Shown one piece after another: positions 9,931-19,012 of a DNA stretch of 64,000 nt. Origin of the DNA: an uncultured bacterium. GTDB lineage: Bacteria > Zixibacteria > MSB-5A5 > GN15 > FEB-12. Position numbers and translations under genes: made by a program. The stretch's first letter is position 1; every line of letters begins with the position of its first letter. The notes below the pieces were generated by a model, which searched no databases, had not been told where the DNA came from, and was given only the letters and a program-made list of their open reading frames with translations. The DNA is taken from NCBI GenBank assembly GCA_965372795.1, contig CBDVDR010000004.1, forward strand, positions 96,001 through 160,000. The letters run 5' to 3'.

Positions 9931-11535
9931 TCATTTTTCCTTTTTAGCTAATTTCCCTTTAATGATTGTATCTTTTTTCAAACTATCGATTGTTTCAGGA
10001 TAATCTTCGACAAAATGCAAGCCTCTTGATTCTTTACGCATCAGAGCCGACTTTATAATCAATTTAGCCACCGTTGCCATATTTCTCAATTCGACAACTT
10101 TATAAGTTGCCGGAGTTGAAAGATAATAGGCTTCGATCCCTTGAGCAATAAGCTCGACTTTTTCCAAAGCTAAATTGAGTCTGTCAACAGATCTGACAAT
10201 CCCTACAAAATCCGACATCACGCGGCACAATTGTCGGCGGTCATGGGCAAGTAAAACTTTTTCACGCGGATACTGTAATGAAGAATGAATAGAATTATCA
10301 ACTGTGATCGTATCAGGAAGGGTAAACTTTTTAAAATAATCCATCGATTTTCTTGCCGCTTCTTCTGCCATAACGACCGCCTCAAGTAATGAATTTGAGG
10401 CTAATCTATTGGCGCCATGCATCCCGCTGAATGCAACTTCACCGGCAACAAACAAACCGGGTAGTTCTGTTTGCCCGCTTATATCTGAAACAATACCGCC
10501 ACAGACATAATGCGCAGCCGGGACAACCGGAATCGGTCGTTTGGTAATATCAAAACCTCTTCGCAGACATTCCTTATAAATATTGGGGAATCTATTTTTA
10601 ATAAACTCCGAATCAAGATGGCTGACATCCAACAACACAAATTCTTCGCCGCTCTCTTTTAATTCTTTGTCAACAGCACGTGCCACAATATCACGCGGTG
10701 CTAATTCTTTTAATTCATGCGTGCCATCCATAAAATATCTGCCGTCAATTGATTTCAACCGACCGCCCTCTCCCCTAACTGCCTCTGATATCAAAAACGG
10801 CCAACGTCCGGGAGTATAAAGCGAGGTTGGGTGGAATTGAATAAACTCCAAATTACCGATTGATAACCCAGCCCGATATGCCATAGCAACTCCATCACCG
10901 GTTGCAATTTTGGGATTAGTATTATGAAAATACACTTGCCCCATTCCACCACTGGCTAATAAAGTGACCGAGGCATAGAAGGCATCAAACTGACGATTCT
11001 CCTCAGCGAATACAAAAGCTCCAGCGCAAAATTCTTCACCCTTTAATTTGCCTTTAATAAGATCAAGAACTATATGGTCACGATAAATATCTATATTAGG
11101 ATAACTTCGACAGGCTTTTAAAAGAGCGCGTTCGATTTCTTTTCCGGTTAGATCTTTTGAGTGCAGAACCCGTTCCTGAGAATGACCTCCTTCACGCCCT
11201 AAATCGAAACTTCCATCAACTTGAGAAAAACGAACGCCTAAGGCAATAAGTTCTTCGATCACTTTTGGTCCGGCTTCAACAATCTGCTTTACAATCGATT
11301 CATTACAAAGACCGGCACCCGCTTTTAAGGTATCTTCAATATGAGAGTTAAAAGAATCAACTCCTGATAAAACAGCAGCAATTCCGCCCTGTGCTCGATT
11401 AGTGCTTGAGACAGTTTCACCTTTTTTTGTGACAATAGCAATTCTGGCATTAGGGTTTGCAGTAATTATCTTTACAGCATAAAACAACCCTGCAATACCC
11501 GAACCAATCACAAGATAATCATATCGTTTTTCCAT
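9931..11535 (-). CDS. nadB: L-aspartate oxidase
   Basis: GSGIAGL, AQGGIA, REGGHS, QFHPT, LISEAVRGEG, HGANRLASNSLLE, ESRGLH. Confidence 0.95.
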   Translation of the reverse strand: MEKRYDYLVIGSGIAGLFYAVKIITANPNARIAIVTKKGETVSSTNRAQGGIAAVLSGVDSFNSHIEDTLKAGAGLCNESIVKQIVEAGPKVIEELIALGVRFSQVDGSFDLGREGGHSQERVLHSKDLTGKEIERALLKACRSYPNIDIYRDHIVLDLIKGKLKGEEFCAGAFVFAEENRQFDAFYASVTLLASGGMGQVYFHNTNPKIATGDGVAMAYRAGLSIGNLEFIQFHPTSLYTPGRWPFLISEAVRGEGGRLKSIDGRYFMDGTHELKELAPRDIVARAVDKELKESGEEFVLLDVSHLDSEFIKNRFPNIYKECLRRGFDITKRPIPVVPAAHYVCGGIVSDISGQTELPGLFVAGEVAFSGMHGANRLASNSLLEAVVMAEEAARKSMDYFKKFTLPDTITVDNSIHSSLQYPREKVLLAHDRRQLCRVMSDFVGIVRSVDRLNLALEKVELIAQGIEAYYLSTPATYKVVELRNMATVAKLIIKSALMRKESRGLHFVEDYPETIDSLKKDTIIKGKLAKKEK

Positions 11536-12620
11536 CAGATAACCGCTTTTTTTAAATTCAATTTAGACAGCAAATTCTTTATCAATTTTTCTTCTCCCGG
11601 ATCAAGATCAATCACCTGATTAATATAATATATTTCTCTACCAAAATCAAAGTCACCCAATTTAACCCAATCTTTACCGGTTGTCACTATAACATCTGAA
11701 TCAAACAGGTCGGCTTTTGCTTTAATTTTTTTCAGAGTCTCTAAATCATAATCCTGATGATCTGAAAATTCCCAGGCAAAGTCAATATCAGTACTCAAAG
11801 CAGAAACCTGCTTTTTAAACGCCTTAAAATTACCAATCCCGGCAAAGATTAAGAGAGATTTATCCTCAAGATACTTAACTGACAAATTCCTCTCTTTGCC
11901 GACAAGTTCCGTTGCAGTAAATCGGGCATGGTATAAATCGACAAATGGATTATACGACAAGATTTCTTCTTTAAGTTTGGAAATATCACGGCTAAAATCA
12001 GACCGGGTGATAATTATCTGATCGGCACGGCTTAAAGCTGACAAAGATTCACGCAACACACCATAAGGGAAAAATTTCAACAACTTCTTTTTTACGGCAG
12101 CATCAAACGTTACAATATCAAAATTCCGATATAGTTTTTTGTGCTGAAAAGCATCATCTACAATCAATAGATCAACTTTATGCTGAGAAACCAAATTTTT
12201 TGCTGCCTCTGATTTCAAATTTGAAATTGAAAAAATTGCTTCAGGAAGTCTGTTAGCAAGAAATATAACTTCATCACCTATGTTTTCTGTTTTCATTTTA
12301 AGAAGTTTATATCCCCTCTCAACATAATCCTTATCAGATTTCCTACCATAGCCTGATGATACAATCCCAACTTTGAGACCTTCCTTGAGCAAAGCTTCAG
12401 CAATAAAAGCTACAACCGGAGTTTTCCCGGTTCCTCCAACGGAAATATTGCCTACCGAAATAACCGGAACATCTACTTTTACAGTTACTGATGTAAATGC
12501 AGAGTGGATTTTTTGTCCCGCTCGATATAGCCATGAAAACAACCATAACAAAAAGGCTGGTATCATCCAGATAGAAAATGGTTTACGATGAATAATTCTT
12601 TTCCAGATTTGCTCAAACAT
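11535..12620 (-). CDS. lpxK: Tetraacyldisaccharide 4'-kinase
   Basis: VGNISVGGTGKTP, GYGR, GDE, DDAFQH, PYGVLRE. Confidence 0.95.
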   Translation of the reverse strand: MFEQIWKRIIHRKPFSIWMIPAFLLWLFSWLYRAGQKIHSAFTSVTVKVDVPVISVGNISVGGTGKTPVVAFIAEALLKEGLKVGIVSSGYGRKSDKDYVERGYKLLKMKTENIGDEVIFLANRLPEAIFSISNLKSEAAKNLVSQHKVDLLIVDDAFQHKKLYRNFDIVTFDAAVKKKLLKFFPYGVLRESLSALSRADQIIITRSDFSRDISKLKEEILSYNPFVDLYHARFTATELVGKERNLSVKYLEDKSLLIFAGIGNFKAFKKQVSALSTDIDFAWEFSDHQDYDLETLKKIKAKADLFDSDVIVTTGKDWVKLGDFDFGREIYYINQVIDLDPGEEKLIKNLLSKLNLKKAVI

Positions 12621-13851
12621 TTTTTATTATCTTTAATATATATTCACCAGCATTTGAAGTTGGTGATCCTTTTTCATCAGTTTCGGTCTTGATGTTAAGC
12701 TTTAATTGCTTTAAATAAACTGATTCTACAACTGAAAACAAATCATCTTTTGAGTTAATTTGTCTTCCAAAATTATGCTCTAAAATATATTCAGAGGACT
12801 CTTTAACATTAGCAATGTAGGGTCCGTAAATTACCGGTGTACCAGCCCAAACCGGCTCAAGAATATTATGTCCGCCCTTATCAACCAGAGTACCGCCTAC
12901 AAAGGCTAAATCGGAAGCCAAATATAAATCATTCAATATCCCGATTTGATTAACCATGACAATATCTTCAGATTGATTAACTGATCCATATATTTTAAGT
13001 TTAATTTCGCCCTGAGTTAATTCATGGGATAATTGTTCACACCGCTCTATATGACGGGGAGCTAAAATCAGTTTAAAATTCTTATATTTCCCCTGCATCT
13101 TTTGAAGTAAACAAACTAATAATATTTCTTCCCCCGGTCGGGTTGATCCGGCAACTAATATAAAATCATCATCTGATAATCCCGCTCGATTTCTAATTTC
13201 TCTAATTCTTCCCTCGGATCGGTTCAAAATAGGGGCATCAAATTTCATATCTCCTGCTATAAATACTTTTGAAGGATCAGCTCCGCACCTGATATATCTA
13301 TCAGCATCAACTTTGGATTTTACGAACATTCTGGCATAGAATGGGAGAATCTTTTTCAAACTGCTCTTTAATAATTTATAGCGTCCAAAGGCTTTTTCCG
13401 ACATCCGACCATTAATCAAAACTACAGGAATATTTTTTTTTAAGGCTATTCTGAGAAAATTGAACCAGATTTCTGTCTCAGCAATAACAATGACTTTTGG
13501 TTTAATTTTATTGAATGTTTTGTTAACCGCTTGAGATGAATCTAATGGGAAAAAAGATATTGTTACATCATCTCCAAAATCTTTTATAGCGGTATTAAAA
13601 CCATTTTGAGTAAAGGTTGAGATATGCACTTTAATAGCAGGATTATTTTCCTTAAGAAATTTGACAATATGATTGATTACTTTGACCTCTCCCACCGAGG
13701 AAGCATGTATCCAAATATCAGCTTTTTTTGAATCAATTTCTCCAAGTCTCCCCTGCCAGAGTTGATCTCCGTTTTTGGCTTTTTTTGATACAAAGGGATA
13801 AATAACCAGATAAACTATTCCGGTTACTATTTTATATAGAAAAAGAATCAT
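12613..13851 (-). CDS. waaA: Kdo transferase
   Basis: WIHASSVGE, ETEIW, AGSTRPGEE, APRH, GGHNILEP. Confidence 0.95.
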   Translation of the reverse strand: MILFLYKIVTGIVYLVIYPFVSKKAKNGDQLWQGRLGEIDSKKADIWIHASSVGEVKVINHIVKFLKENNPAIKVHISTFTQNGFNTAIKDFGDDVTISFFPLDSSQAVNKTFNKIKPKVIVIAETEIWFNFLRIALKKNIPVVLINGRMSEKAFGRYKLLKSSLKKILPFYARMFVKSKVDADRYIRCGADPSKVFIAGDMKFDAPILNRSEGRIREIRNRAGLSDDDFILVAGSTRPGEEILLVCLLQKMQGKYKNFKLILAPRHIERCEQLSHELTQGEIKLKIYGSVNQSEDIVMVNQIGILNDLYLASDLAFVGGTLVDKGGHNILEPVWAGTPVIYGPYIANVKESSEYILEHNFGRQINSKDDLFSVVESVYLKQLKLNIKTETDEKGSPTSNAGEYILKIIKNV

Positions 13852-14969
13852 TTCAATTTCTCGCTGATTATCTTTGCAGTTCTTTCAGATGCTCCGGTTC
13901 CACCCAAAATTATTGGAATATTTTTCAGTTTCTCAACTGTTTGATCATAATATTCATTATCATTCCAAAATTTCTCAAGCTCTAAAAATATTCCTTCAGG
14001 AGAGGCATCATGTTGAATAAGTTCCGGAACAACTTTTTCGTCCATAACCAGATTTGCAAGGGCAATTTTATCAAGCTTGACAAGTCTTTTTGCAATCTGA
14101 AAAGTGATCTCTCCGGTACGATAGATCACTACCATGGGACGTCCGATAATTCCCGTTTCCAATGTTGCGGTACCAGAGGCGGTGACAACCATGGTGCTTT
14201 CAAATATTAACTGTCGGGCATTGTTGTATTCGATTGTGATGTCATCATCGGAATACTTATTTATCGCCTGTTCATAATCGTATACGCCTTTAATCGCCGC
14301 AACCTTTGCCTTTGTCCCATACTTGTTGTTAAATCTCTTGGCTGCCAGCAACATCGGTTCAAGCATCCTTTCGATTTCCTGTGGTCGCGATCCGGGAAGA
14401 AGCCCGATTGTTGCAGGTTCATCAATCTTTTTAGAGCTTAAAGAACTTATAAAATTAGACGGGATATCCTCCAGCAGATAATGACCTACAAACTCAGACT
14501 TAACATTATGATTATCAAAAAATTCTTTTTCAAAAGGAAGGATTACCAGACAGACATCAATCAACTCTCTTATATCATTAACACGATTTTTTCCCCAAGC
14601 CCAGACTTGCGGAGTAATGTAGTAAATGATAGGGATATTCAGTTCTTTTACTTTTTTTGCCAGACGTAGATTAAATCCCGGGTAGTCTACCAAAAGGATG
14701 ACATCAGGCTTATTAGTTTTTATTTCTTCAAGACAGGTATGAAATAATTTCCGAAAGAACAGATAATTGCGGGCAACTTCCCAAAACCCCAAAACAGCCA
14801 GATCTTTTCCTGAAGCTAACTGCTTTTGACCGAGTTTTTTTAAACGTTCTCCGCCCAACCCGGTAATATTTAAATCAGGGTATTTATGTTTGAGGACCTC
14901 GACAACTCTGGCGGAGGCATTATCACCGGAGGGATCTCCTGCGGAAAGAAATATCGAAGGACTTTCCAT
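13848..14969 (-). CDS. lpxB: Lipid A disaccharide synthase
   Basis: AGDPSGD, VDYPGFN, PQVWAW, LPFE, LPGSR, ASGTATLE. Confidence 0.96.
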   Translation of the reverse strand: MESPSIFLSAGDPSGDNASARVVEVLKHKYPDLNITGLGGERLKKLGQKQLASGKDLAVLGFWEVARNYLFFRKLFHTCLEEIKTNKPDVILLVDYPGFNLRLAKKVKELNIPIIYYITPQVWAWGKNRVNDIRELIDVCLVILPFEKEFFDNHNVKSEFVGHYLLEDIPSNFISSLSSKKIDEPATIGLLPGSRPQEIERMLEPMLLAAKRFNNKYGTKAKVAAIKGVYDYEQAINKYSDDDITIEYNNARQLIFESTMVVTASGTATLETGIIGRPMVVIYRTGEITFQIAKRLVKLDKIALANLVMDEKVVPELIQHDASPEGIFLELEKFWNDNEYYDQTVEKLKNIPIILGGTGASERTAKIISEKLK

Positions 14970-15965
14970 TTACATGGTTTCTGTTTGAAGCATTTTTGCT
15001 GAAGAGACCTTACCAATTCGTTCAACTTCCAGAGCAATTCGCAGCGCTTCAGTAGCATCTTCAACTGAAACAGCCACCTCAGTATCATTAATTACAGAAC
15101 TTAAAAAAGCCTTGAGTTCATTGCCAAGCATATCTTCACCGGTATCATTTTTCTTTAAATATGAAAGATTTTTACCTGATTTACCCAATGGGAGAGTCAA
15201 CGATCCTTTGACCTTTTCTCCATTGGACAGCGTATAAATGTCTGCCTGTTTTTTTGCTAAATCAAGCGAGTAGTACCCTGATTTCTGGAAAATTCGTAAT
15301 TTTCGCATAGCATTCAAAGAGATTCTTGATGCGGTCAGATTTGCCACAGCGCCATTTTCGAAAGTTAATCTGGCATTGGCAATATCCACTTGATCGGATA
15401 TTACTGCAATTGCAGATGATTGAATATCTACGACCTTTGATTTAATCAGATGCAAAACCAAATCAATGTCATGGATCATTAAATCAAGAACCACCGCAAC
15501 ATCAGTTCCCCGAGGATCAAAAGCTGCTAAACGATGCGCCTCAACAAATGCCGGAGTGACACCGCTCTGTTTTACAGCAACAACAGCCGGATTAAATCGC
15601 TCAATCTGTCCGACGGTTACTTTAATTTTATGTTCTGAGGCAATTTTTTTCAGATGATTTGCTTCTTCAACAGTAGTTGTAATTGGCTTTTCTATCAGAC
15701 AATGGACATTTTTTTCTATCAGTTTTGAAGCAACCTCAAAATGAAGGCTTGTCGGAACAACGATAGACACCGCTTCAACATTTTCAGCTAATTCATCAAT
15801 GGTCTCAAAAGCTTTGATATTATATTCTTCTGAATATTGTTTGGCTTTTTCCGGGTCCACATCATAAAATCCAACTAAATCCGAAGCTTCAATCTGGCTA
15901 TACCAGCGAAGATGATGTCTTCCAAGAGCTCCAACTCCTATAACAGCAGTTTTTATTTTTCTCAA
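14970..15965 (-). CDS. gnnA: Gfo/Idh/MocA oxidoreductase, GnnA-like UDP-GlcNAc 3-dehydrogenase
   Basis: GVGALG, EKP, ERFNPA, HRL, VVLDLMIHDID; abuts lpxB and lies downstream of lpxA. Confidence 0.7.
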   Translation of the reverse strand: MRKIKTAVIGVGALGRHHLRWYSQIEASDLVGFYDVDPEKAKQYSEEYNIKAFETIDELAENVEAVSIVVPTSLHFEVASKLIEKNVHCLIEKPITTTVEEANHLKKIASEHKIKVTVGQIERFNPAVVAVKQSGVTPAFVEAHRLAAFDPRGTDVAVVLDLMIHDIDLVLHLIKSKVVDIQSSAIAVISDQVDIANARLTFENGAVANLTASRISLNAMRKLRIFQKSGYYSLDLAKKQADIYTLSNGEKVKGSLTLPLGKSGKNLSYLKKNDTGEDMLGNELKAFLSSVINDTEVAVSVEDATEALRIALEVERIGKVSSAKMLQTETM

Positions 15966-16052
15966 TCTATATCCTAACCAATTATTGCATTAATTTGATG
16001 AAAGATAATAGTCTGTAATCAGAAATAAAGCTGTTTTTGATAATAAGTTTCC

Positions 16053-16079
16053 TCAAATTATGGATAACTAAACCGATAA
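16053..16079 (+). promoter_or_regulatory. Sigma28/FliA-like promoter
   Basis: TCAA-N15-ACCGATAA about 90 bp upstream of ATG 16169. Confidence 0.5.
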
Positions 16080-16168
16080 CTATTATAATAACTATAACTT
16101 GTGGTGGAGGGACAATTCCAGCCCATTGTTCCTACTCCATTGTGAACCAACGACTAACGCGAGAATCA

Positions 16169-17572
16169 ATGAGCACTCCTTTGATTACAACACCAACTCC
16201 AATCCCTGAAAAAAAATCTGAAATTAGTAACTCTCTTTTCATTAATTGGCAGGGAGGAAGCAATGAATTCAAACATAGTAATTTATTAGACAATATTGAT
16301 ATTGAGGATTATAAAACTATCTTTTTTGATCCAGTTGGTTACGCCATTGCTTATGGCTTATGGTCATCAGATGACAACCTGACAACAACAAAATATACCG
16401 ATATTGATGAAAAAGTATTTATTACTTTTATTACAAAAATCAGTCATTTTTTGTCGAAGATTCAAAAATTTCTCGATGGAGGCGGATGTTTCGTTATCAG
16501 ATCAAATATTCCTGATTCTCATATAAAAATAAGAAAAATAACATCCAAAGGTTCACAGGCTTACACTGAATCAGTGCTTTCAAGTTTTTTCTGGCTTGAA
16601 GATATAATCGGAAAATATACTCTAAAATTTTCCAATATAAAATCAATGAAGTTTCTCAAAAAAGATAATCCTTTCAATGAGACTCTTGGCAATACCGCAA
16701 TAGATAATATTCAGGCGGTTACTTGCGGTGAAAAAGGTAAGCAGGAAATAATTGCTCTGACAGGATCAAATTATAAAATTCCGGCAATTTCGAAAATAAT
16801 TCCCAAAACTAATTCTGGATGCGTGTATATTATTCCTATATTTTCACATAAAGATGAACAGGAACTCCTTCTCAAAACATTTAAAGAAATTAATAAATCG
16901 AAACAAAAAACGATTTCCAAACCAAAGTGGGTTGAATACTACAATAATCTGGTTGATGATTTAAATCCATTCCGAAAAACAATAGAACAAATCGAGCTTG
17001 AACTAACTGCGTTAAATAGACAAAAACAAGTTGCGGAAAAAAACCATAAGGAATTTGAAGGACTTATCAATTTACTTTACAACATTGATGATAATTATTT
17101 TTATGCTATAATTACCTCAATGAAGCTTCTCGGTTATAATTGCACCATTACCGACATAAATAACTATATTTTTATCGCCTCTGAAAATAATGAAAATGAA
17201 AACAAAGCCATTTTCGGAGCATGCGGGAATGAATCCGGCGTTATCACAATCAAACAATTTCAAGCATTTTATAAATCGTTTGTCGATTACAACGAGAAAA
17301 AACCAATCAAAGGATTCTTTATTGGCAATGCAGATTGCCTGCATGAACCTCTTAAAAGAGATAAGTGGTTTGATCAGGAAGTTATTGAACTTGCCCGACA
17401 AAAAGAAATTTGCCTGATACCTTCATATGAATTATTTACATCGGCAAGTTTCATTTTATACAAAACCGACAATGAAAACATTGATCAATTAAAGAATTCA
17501 ATTCGTAGAGATTTGCTTAACAGTGAAACAATGTTCAAGGTTAATCGAAAAAAATATAATATCAGATTATAA
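16169..17572 (+). CDS. Hypothetical protein: coiled coil + degenerate PD-(D/E)xK restriction-endonuclease-like C-terminal domain
   Basis: Long AT-rich ORF on the strand opposite the lpx genes; PKWV-coiled coil-LLY..LLGY..KGFFIGNA..P.KR..F....IELA....ICLI....LF pattern; ATG 16169 preferred over TTG 16037. Confidence 0.6.
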   Translation: MSTPLITTPTPIPEKKSEISNSLFINWQGGSNEFKHSNLLDNIDIEDYKTIFFDPVGYAIAYGLWSSDDNLTTTKYTDIDEKVFITFITKISHFLSKIQKFLDGGGCFVIRSNIPDSHIKIRKITSKGSQAYTESVLSSFFWLEDIIGKYTLKFSNIKSMKFLKKDNPFNETLGNTAIDNIQAVTCGEKGKQEIIALTGSNYKIPAISKIIPKTNSGCVYIIPIFSHKDEQELLLKTFKEINKSKQKTISKPKWVEYYNNLVDDLNPFRKTIEQIELELTALNRQKQVAEKNHKEFEGLINLLYNIDDNYFYAIITSMKLLGYNCTITDINNYIFIASENNENENKAIFGACGNESGVITIKQFQAFYKSFVDYNEKKPIKGFFIGNADCLHEPLKRDKWFDQEVIELARQKEICLIPSYELFTSASFILYKTDNENIDQLKNSIRRDLLNSETMFKVNRKKYNIRL

Positions 17573-17585
17573 AACCAAAATAATA

Positions 17586-18116
17586 TTATTTTCTCTTTAG
17601 AACATTTCTGTTACATGAGAAAAAATCCTTTTCAGGCATTGCCAGATCAAAATTAGAATGGTATTCATCCTGACTTATAATTACATAAGTAATACGTGCC
17701 CGCAATCCGGTGGGACCATTTTCAACCTGTTCAGTAACAAAAACGAAAGTCTTTCCATCAGCAGAGATTGAATCAAGGACATATTGATTAACAAATCCTT
17801 CGACATTAAACTGACGATAAACAAATTTATTACGGTTTTTATCAAAACTAATAAAACCATGATCTTCATGTACTTCACCTTTGGGATTCTTGTCCTGCGG
17901 TTCAAATACGGCTTTTGTTGAAACTTCAAAATATTTATTCTGTAAAGTTAAGTTATTTTTGATGGTCAGTGTTGAAGTACCCGATAGTCACTCGCCTGTG
18001 CCTTGCCATTCTCCCTCAAAAAACTTGAATGATGCCCACACATCCTCTTTGGAATCTTCCTGTGCAAATGCAATTACAGGCAAAAGTATCAATAAAATTA
18101 ATATTTTTTTCATCAT
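17586..18116 (-). pseudogene. Secreted beta-barrel-type (nitrobindin/DUF1794-like) protein gene with one in-frame TGA
   Basis: Reads MMKKILILLILLPVIAFAQED...FFEGEWQGTGE*LSGTS...PQDKNPKGEVHEDHGFISFD...RQFNVEGFVNQY...VLKRK-TAA; 176 codons, TGA is codon 43 (17988-17990). Confidence 0.8.
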
Positions 18117-18165
18117 TCCCTTACTTTTTTTTTGAAATTACATTCAATGTCAGATTATTTTTATA

Positions 18166-18194
18166 AGTATACACTACAATAATTGACAGTTCAA
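18166..18194 (-). promoter_or_regulatory. Sigma70-type promoter for 17586..18116
   Basis: TTGAAC-N17-TATACT on the minus strand. Confidence 0.55.
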
Positions 18195-18238
18195 GCTATA
18201 ATTAAATATCGCTGAATTATAAAGAGGATTAAAATTTG

Positions 18239-19012
18239 TTACTTCACTAAGCCCCTGGTAGAGGATTCGATAAAATCTAAAACTGTTTGAACTTCATCAA
18301 CAATTTCAACTTCACTTTTAATTCTTTCAACTGCTTGAGAAGTATTCAAATTACTGAAGAATAAAATCTTGAAAGTATTCTGAAGAGCTTTAATTGATTC
18401 TAATTTAAATCCGCGTCTTTTCAAACCGATCAAGTTCAAACCGGCTATTTTTAGGGGATATCCACCGACAAGGGAATACGGCACTATGTCTTGTTGCGCT
18501 CTAAAACCACCGCCAACCATTGCATGGCAGCCAATCTTTACAAACTGATGAACCGGAAGTACCCCGCCTAATATGGCAAAGTCACCAACTTCGATATGTC
18601 CGGCAAGATTTACAGAATTTGCCATAATAACATTGTCTCCGATAATACAATCGTGAGCCACATGCGAATAAGCCATCAGTAAACAATTTTCACCAACAAC
18701 CGTTTTGAACGAGTAATCGGTTCCACGATTAAATGTCACGTATTCACGAATAACGGTGTTATCACCAATTATCGCTTTGGTTTCTTCATCCCCGAATTTC
18801 AAATCCTGTGGAACAGTGCTGATTACGGCACCCTGAAAAACTTTGACATTTCTGCCAAGCTCGGCTCCATCGGCAAGTTGTACCATGGGACCGATCTGAG
18901 AACCTGCTCCGATCTTTACTTTATCTTCAATAATTGCATAAGGACCGATTGAAACATTATCACCGATCTCCGCTTTGGAAGAAACTATTGCTGTTTTATG
19001 AATATTTGTCAT
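18239..19012 (-). CDS. lpxA: UDP-N-acetylglucosamine acyltransferase
   Basis: Hexapeptide repeats; PQDLKF, HVAHDC, LAGH, VHQF, GLNLIGLKRRGF. Confidence 0.97.
   Translation of the reverse strand: MTNIHKTAIVSSKAEIGDNVSIGPYAIIEDKVKIGAGSQIGPMVQLADGAELGRNVKVFQGAVISTVPQDLKFGDEETKAIIGDNTVIREYVTFNRGTDYSFKTVVGENCLLMAYSHVAHDCIIGDNVIMANSVNLAGHIEVGDFAILGGVLPVHQFVKIGCHAMVGGGFRAQQDIVPYSLVGGYPLKIAGLNLIGLKRRGFKLESIKALQNTFKILFFSNLNTSQAVERIKSEVEIVDEVQTVLDFIESSTRGLVK

Noticed and set aside
17988..17990. Selenocysteine or genome-wide TGA=Gly/Trp recoding
   Set aside because: The context suggests Gly rather than Cys, I see no convincing hairpin right after the TGA, and many conserved genes here end at TGA at their expected C-termini.
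17681..18135. ORF-track entries 17681..17929 (-) and 17881..18135 (+)
   Set aside because: Off-frame and antisense shadows of the interrupted gene at 17586..18116.
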